A DNA stretch of 64,000 nucleotides from an uncultured archaeon (GTDB taxonomy: Archaea; Asgardarchaeota; Lokiarchaeia; Sigyniarchaeales; SOKP01): positions 24,592-88,591 of the forward strand of contig CAYUTF010000004.1 of the NCBI GenBank assembly GCA_964447495.1, read 5' to 3'. Each line of letters opens with the position of its first letter. The stretch's first letter is position 1. This document shows positions 60,774 to 64,000 of this stretch, piece after piece. The notes under the pieces were generated by a model. The model saw nothing but the letters and a program-made list of their open reading frames with translations. It was not told where the DNA came from and did not search any database. The position numbers were made by a program, and so were the translations under genes.

Positions 60774-62036
60774 TCAGGTTGTCTTTTCCTCAAATTTTAC
60801 ATTTATCAATGCCTTCTCTTCAGAAAAACGAGCTTTCGCAGCTCCTCGAAGTAACCAAAACCCTATCATTGAAATGAAACATAAAATGCCTGCAAAATAC
60901 CAAACCCAATTGGGTCCAATATTATCCATAACTAACCCTGCTAAGATTACTCCAAAAAGATTTGGTATTGCCCAGTGGAATCCAAACATTGCCATATACC
61001 TCCCTCTTTTATCCTCGGGTGCAAAAAGTGCAGCTGCACTTGTTCCAATTGGAGTTACAATCATTTCTCCGATCGTAATGATTGCCATGGCTATAAAAAA
61101 AAGATATACATCTGATATAAACCCATACATAGTAAATCCTACCAAGTAAAATAATGTTCCAAAGATCATCATCTTCATAGGATCATATTTTGATATTTTT
61201 CTTGTGATCGAAAATTGGAAAAGGACCACCATTAATGCATTCATGCTTAATAATAATCCAAAACTTTCTGTAGGAAAATTGTGATATGTATTTAAGAATA
61301 CTGAAAGTGTGCTATTCATTTGAATATATACTAAAACCATTATTGCTGAGACCGATAGAAAAGCCATATATACTCCGTCTTTTAATACTTCCTTATATCC
61401 TGTAATCGTTTTAAGCATTGATTCTTCTGGTTTATCTTCTGGTTTTTGAGGTTTTGTCTCTGGAATAACTACAAACACAATTACACCTGTTACTATACTA
61501 CTTATGGCATCAGCAATAAACAAAAACATATAAGATTGATAAGCTAAAAAGCCTCCCAAAACTGGTCCAATGGTTGCTGATAAATTAAATGCCACTCGAA
61601 GAATTCCGAATCCTTCTGTTTGTCTTTCCTTTGGAAGCAAATCTGCAACCATAGCTTGGCGTGCTGGACCTCCAAAACTACCTATCAGACCTAAAAATGT
61701 AACAAGTATCAATAAGGTGTTTAAATCATTAACTAAACCCATTAATATACTTCCTAACCCACTCACAACTAAACCAAATAAGAGTATTTTGCGGCGACCA
61801 TATTTATCTGCCAATGCACCTCCTATTACTCCTCCTATTATATTTCCTGCTGAAAAAATTGATAGGATAAATCCTACTTCTGTCATCCCTACTTTGAAAC
61901 GCCAGGTTATATAGATAGCAAAAAAAGGAAATAAAAGGAAAGTCCCCAGTTGGTCAATAAACGTAGCAAGAGTCAATACCTTAAATGATTTGGGATACTC
62001 GCTGAATGTATGTTTAAATTTTGCAAACATATCCAA
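60774..62036 (-). CDS. MFS transporter (MDR-like), paralogue A
   Basis: GALADKYGRR motif A, about 12 TM, APEDKRGRYM. Confidence 0.92.
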   Translation of the reverse strand: MDMFAKFKHTFSEYPKSFKVLTLATFIDQLGTFLLFPFFAIYITWRFKVGMTEVGFILSIFSAGNIIGGVIGGALADKYGRRKILLFGLVVSGLGSILMGLVNDLNTLLILVTFLGLIGSFGGPARQAMVADLLPKERQTEGFGILRVAFNLSATIGPVLGGFLAYQSYMFLFIADAISSIVTGVIVFVVIPETKPQKPEDKPEESMLKTITGYKEVLKDGVYMAFLSVSAIMVLVYIQMNSTLSVFLNTYHNFPTESFGLLLSMNALMVVLFQFSITRKISKYDPMKMMIFGTLFYLVGFTMYGFISDVYLFFIAMAIITIGEMIVTPIGTSAAALFAPEDKRGRYMAMFGFHWAIPNLFGVILAGLVMDNIGPNWVWYFAGILCFISMIGFWLLRGAAKARFSEEKALINVKFEEKTT

Positions 62037-62236
62037 TCTACCAGTTTCGTTGTATCTTACTTACTAATTGTTAATTTAAATTGATATAATATTTATAAAT
62101 AAAAGGATTTACTCCATATAAAGTGATTTTGTTTGAACTCTAAACGAACTCCAAAGTTTATTTGAAGTTTTATTTGAAAAATTAAACTTTTTTGCTTTAT
62201 TAAATTTATTTCATCTAATTATTATTTTTTTTAAAG

Positions 62237-62256
62237 CTATGATTATATAATCATAG
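62237..62256. promoter_or_regulatory. perfect 20-bp palindrome, putative operator
   Basis: CTATGATTAT|ATAATCATAG; a one-mismatch copy lies at 63663-63682. Confidence 0.55.
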
Positions 62257-62314
62257 AATAATTGTTCTAGGGAGATTAAAACATGTTTGATTATATTATT
62301 TCTAAAGAAGCGAA
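62237..62314 (+). repeat. 78-bp direct repeat, copy 1 (upstream region and first codons of the acyl-CoA dehydrogenase gene)
   Basis: Matches 63663-63740 with 2 mismatches; contains GGGAG and ATG TTT GAT TAT ATT ATT TCT AAA GAA GCG. Confidence 0.92.
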
Positions 62315-63546
62315 TTTGAAGATTCATGAATACCTTTAAATCTATCTTTTGTTATTCTATGTAATAACCAAAATCCAATTGCAGCAACGAGAGAAAGAAT
62401 GCCAGCAAAATACCAAATCCATTGACCACCCAAAGTATCACCAACTAATCCAGCGAGTAATACTCCAAAAAGGTTGGGAATTGCCCAATGGAAGCCAAAA
62501 ACTGCCATATATCGCCCTCTTTTATCTTCTGGAGCAAAGATTCCTGCAATAGACAGTCCTAATGGCATTTCAATCATTTCCCCTATAGTTATGATTATCA
62601 TAGCTATGAAGAACAGATATACTTCAGAAATAAAACCATACATGCCAAAACCAATCATATATAATAATGTACCTACTGCGATTACCCTCATCGGTGCATA
62701 TTTTGACATTTTTTTTGTAATCCAAAATTGAAATACTACCACCATTAAAGCGTTCATGCTCAACAAAAAACCAAACATATTTTTTGGAAAACCATAAGTG
62801 TAATATAAATATACTGACAAGGTACTATTCATTTGCATATATACTATAACAGTTATTGCAGATATTGCTAAAAATAATATATACTGCCAATCTTTCAATA
62901 CTTCTTTATATCCTTTAATAGTCTTAATAACAGAATCATGTTGTTTTCCCTCTTCTAATTGTGGTTTTGTTTCAGGGATGACCGCTATGACAATAATTGC
63001 TGTAATTATACTACTAATAGCATCTAAAATAAACAGAAGTAGATAGGATTGAGACACAATAAAACCTCCAAGTATTGGACCCCCAACAGCCGCAAGATTA
63101 ACAGCTACACGAAGAATTCCAAAACCTTCAACTTGCTTTTCTTTTCCTAATAAATCGGTTACCATTGCTTGTCGAGCAGGGCCCCCAAAATCGCCGAGTA
63201 TACCTAATATAGCTGCAACAATATAGAATAATGCCAAATTATCTATAAAACCCAGAATGATGCTACCAGTTCCACTAGTTATCAATCCAAACACTACCAT
63301 CAAGCGACGGCCATACTTATCAGCCATTGCACCTCCAATAGTACTACCAATTAAACTTCCAGCTGAAAACATTGTAAACATGAACCCTACTTCAGTCCAT
63401 CCTACATTAAAACGCTCTGTGATATATAAAGAAAAAAATGGAAAAAGAAGAAAACCCCCGAACCGATCTATAAAAGTGGCAAGTACTAGGATTCTAAAAG
63501 GTTTTGGATATTCAGAATACTTCTTGAACATTAATAAATCAATCAA
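62302..63546 (-). CDS. MFS transporter (MDR-like), paralogue B
   Basis: GAMADKYGRR, APEDKRGRYM; clear paralogue of 60774..62036; its stop codon lies inside repeat copy 1; ATG at 63531 is an alternative start. Confidence 0.92.
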   Translation of the reverse strand: MIDLLMFKKYSEYPKPFRILVLATFIDRFGGFLLFPFFSLYITERFNVGWTEVGFMFTMFSAGSLIGSTIGGAMADKYGRRLMVVFGLITSGTGSIILGFIDNLALFYIVAAILGILGDFGGPARQAMVTDLLGKEKQVEGFGILRVAVNLAAVGGPILGGFIVSQSYLLLFILDAISSIITAIIVIAVIPETKPQLEEGKQHDSVIKTIKGYKEVLKDWQYILFLAISAITVIVYMQMNSTLSVYLYYTYGFPKNMFGFLLSMNALMVVVFQFWITKKMSKYAPMRVIAVGTLLYMIGFGMYGFISEVYLFFIAMIIITIGEMIEMPLGLSIAGIFAPEDKRGRYMAVFGFHWAIPNLFGVLLAGLVGDTLGGQWIWYFAGILSLVAAIGFWLLHRITKDRFKGIHESSNSLL

Positions 63547-63662
63547 TTTAAGCAGTTATTAGTTTGTAATATAACATTTGTTGCTTAATATAGGTTCTTA
63601 TACTAAAGTTTTAATAAAGTAAGCAAATTTATGTTATTTTGTAAAATTTATTTTTATTGAAC

Positions 63663-63740
63663 CTATGATTATATTATCATAGATTAATTGTTCTAGGGAG
63701 ATTAAAACATGTTTGATTATATTATTTCTAAAGAAGCGAA
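63663..63740 (+). repeat. 78-bp direct repeat, copy 2
   Basis: Matches 62237-62314; here it continues into the full acyl-CoA dehydrogenase ORF. Confidence 0.92.
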
Positions 63741-64000
63741 AGAAATAAAGGAAGAGGTTCGAAATTTTGTAAGAGATGAAGTTCCGCATTCTCTACTAAA
63801 GCAAATGGATAAGGAAGAAATAAATTATCCAATCGAATTTTTACAGAAACTTGGTAAGCATAATTTAATAGCTATGAGAACACCAAAGAAATATGGGGGT
63901 CGAGGATTAAATTGGGAATGTGAGGTGGTTGCTCTTGAAGAAATTGGAGTGTTAGGAAGCTCTCTACCCTGTTTATTTTCTTTACCAATAATTTGTGGAG
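63709..64000 (+). CDS. acyl-CoA dehydrogenase, 3' partial (not in the ORF track)
   Basis: Translates to MFDYIISKEAKEIKEEVRNFVRDEVP...YPIEFLQKLGKHNL...PKKYGGRG...VALEEIG, the ACAD N-terminal pattern; open to the window end. Confidence 0.88.
   Translation, partial: MFDYIISKEAKEIKEEVRNFVRDEVPHSLLKQMDKEEINYPIEFLQKLGKHNLIAMRTPKKYGGRGLNWECEVVALEEIGVLGSSLPCLFSLPIICG

Noticed and set aside
62131-62180. Short direct repeats GAACTC(T/C)AAA x2 and TTTATTTGAA x2
   Set aside because: Only two copies each, in AT-rich DNA; not a CRISPR array and too weak to call regulatory.
1766-63562. Many short ORFs overlapping longer genes, mostly antisense (e.g. 3457..3690, 23867..24184, 50327..50935, 61570..61914, 63257..63562)
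   Set aside because: They lie within well-supported genes and have no motifs; shadow ORFs.
57934-64000. Integrated element using tRNA-Pro as attachment site
   Set aside because: No integrase and no second copy of the tRNA 3' end within the window; cannot be excluded beyond it.
1-64000. CRISPR array, rRNA, IS/transposase
   Set aside because: No repeat-spacer periodicity, no long GC-rich non-coding stretch and no transposase motifs seen.

Overview
AT-rich archaeal chromosome segment, almost certainly from an Asgard archaeon of the Lokiarchaeia type. It carries eukaryotic-signature genes (actin/lokiactin, Rab-like GTPase with a Zn ribbon, roadblock/LC7, SDS22-like LRR proteins) among archaeal core genes (rpoK, hef, srp54, aIF5A, nob1, fen1, cdc48, purB/purM, nadC, pyrC, dinB) and two tRNAs (Val-CAC; intron-containing Pro-CGG). 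Main points of interest: (1) a 5'-truncated Cas4/Dna2-like Fe-S nuclease-SF1 helicase gene in one operon with mre11 and rad50, the Rad50 having a non-CXXC hook, while the HerA-like gene lies about 43 kb away; (2) an unusual catabolic cluster with a YoaC-like FGGY kinase, SCP2, a YoaD-like dehydrogenase-class II aldolase fusion and a DHDPS-like pseudoenzyme-kinase fusion; (3) an AbiEii/MenT-like nucleotidyltransferase near tRNA-Pro; (4) four places where a reading frame is repaired by skipping one T in a sense-strand T run, three of them TTT followed by a stop (either homopolymer errors or +1 recoding); (5) a variable region after tRNA-Pro with three MFS genes, a long G-U-rich hairpin and a 78-bp direct repeat that duplicates the upstream region and first codons of an acyl-CoA dehydrogenase gene around an MFS paralogue. 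No CRISPR array, transposase, integrase or rRNA was seen. All calls come from reading motifs by eye; no searches were run.
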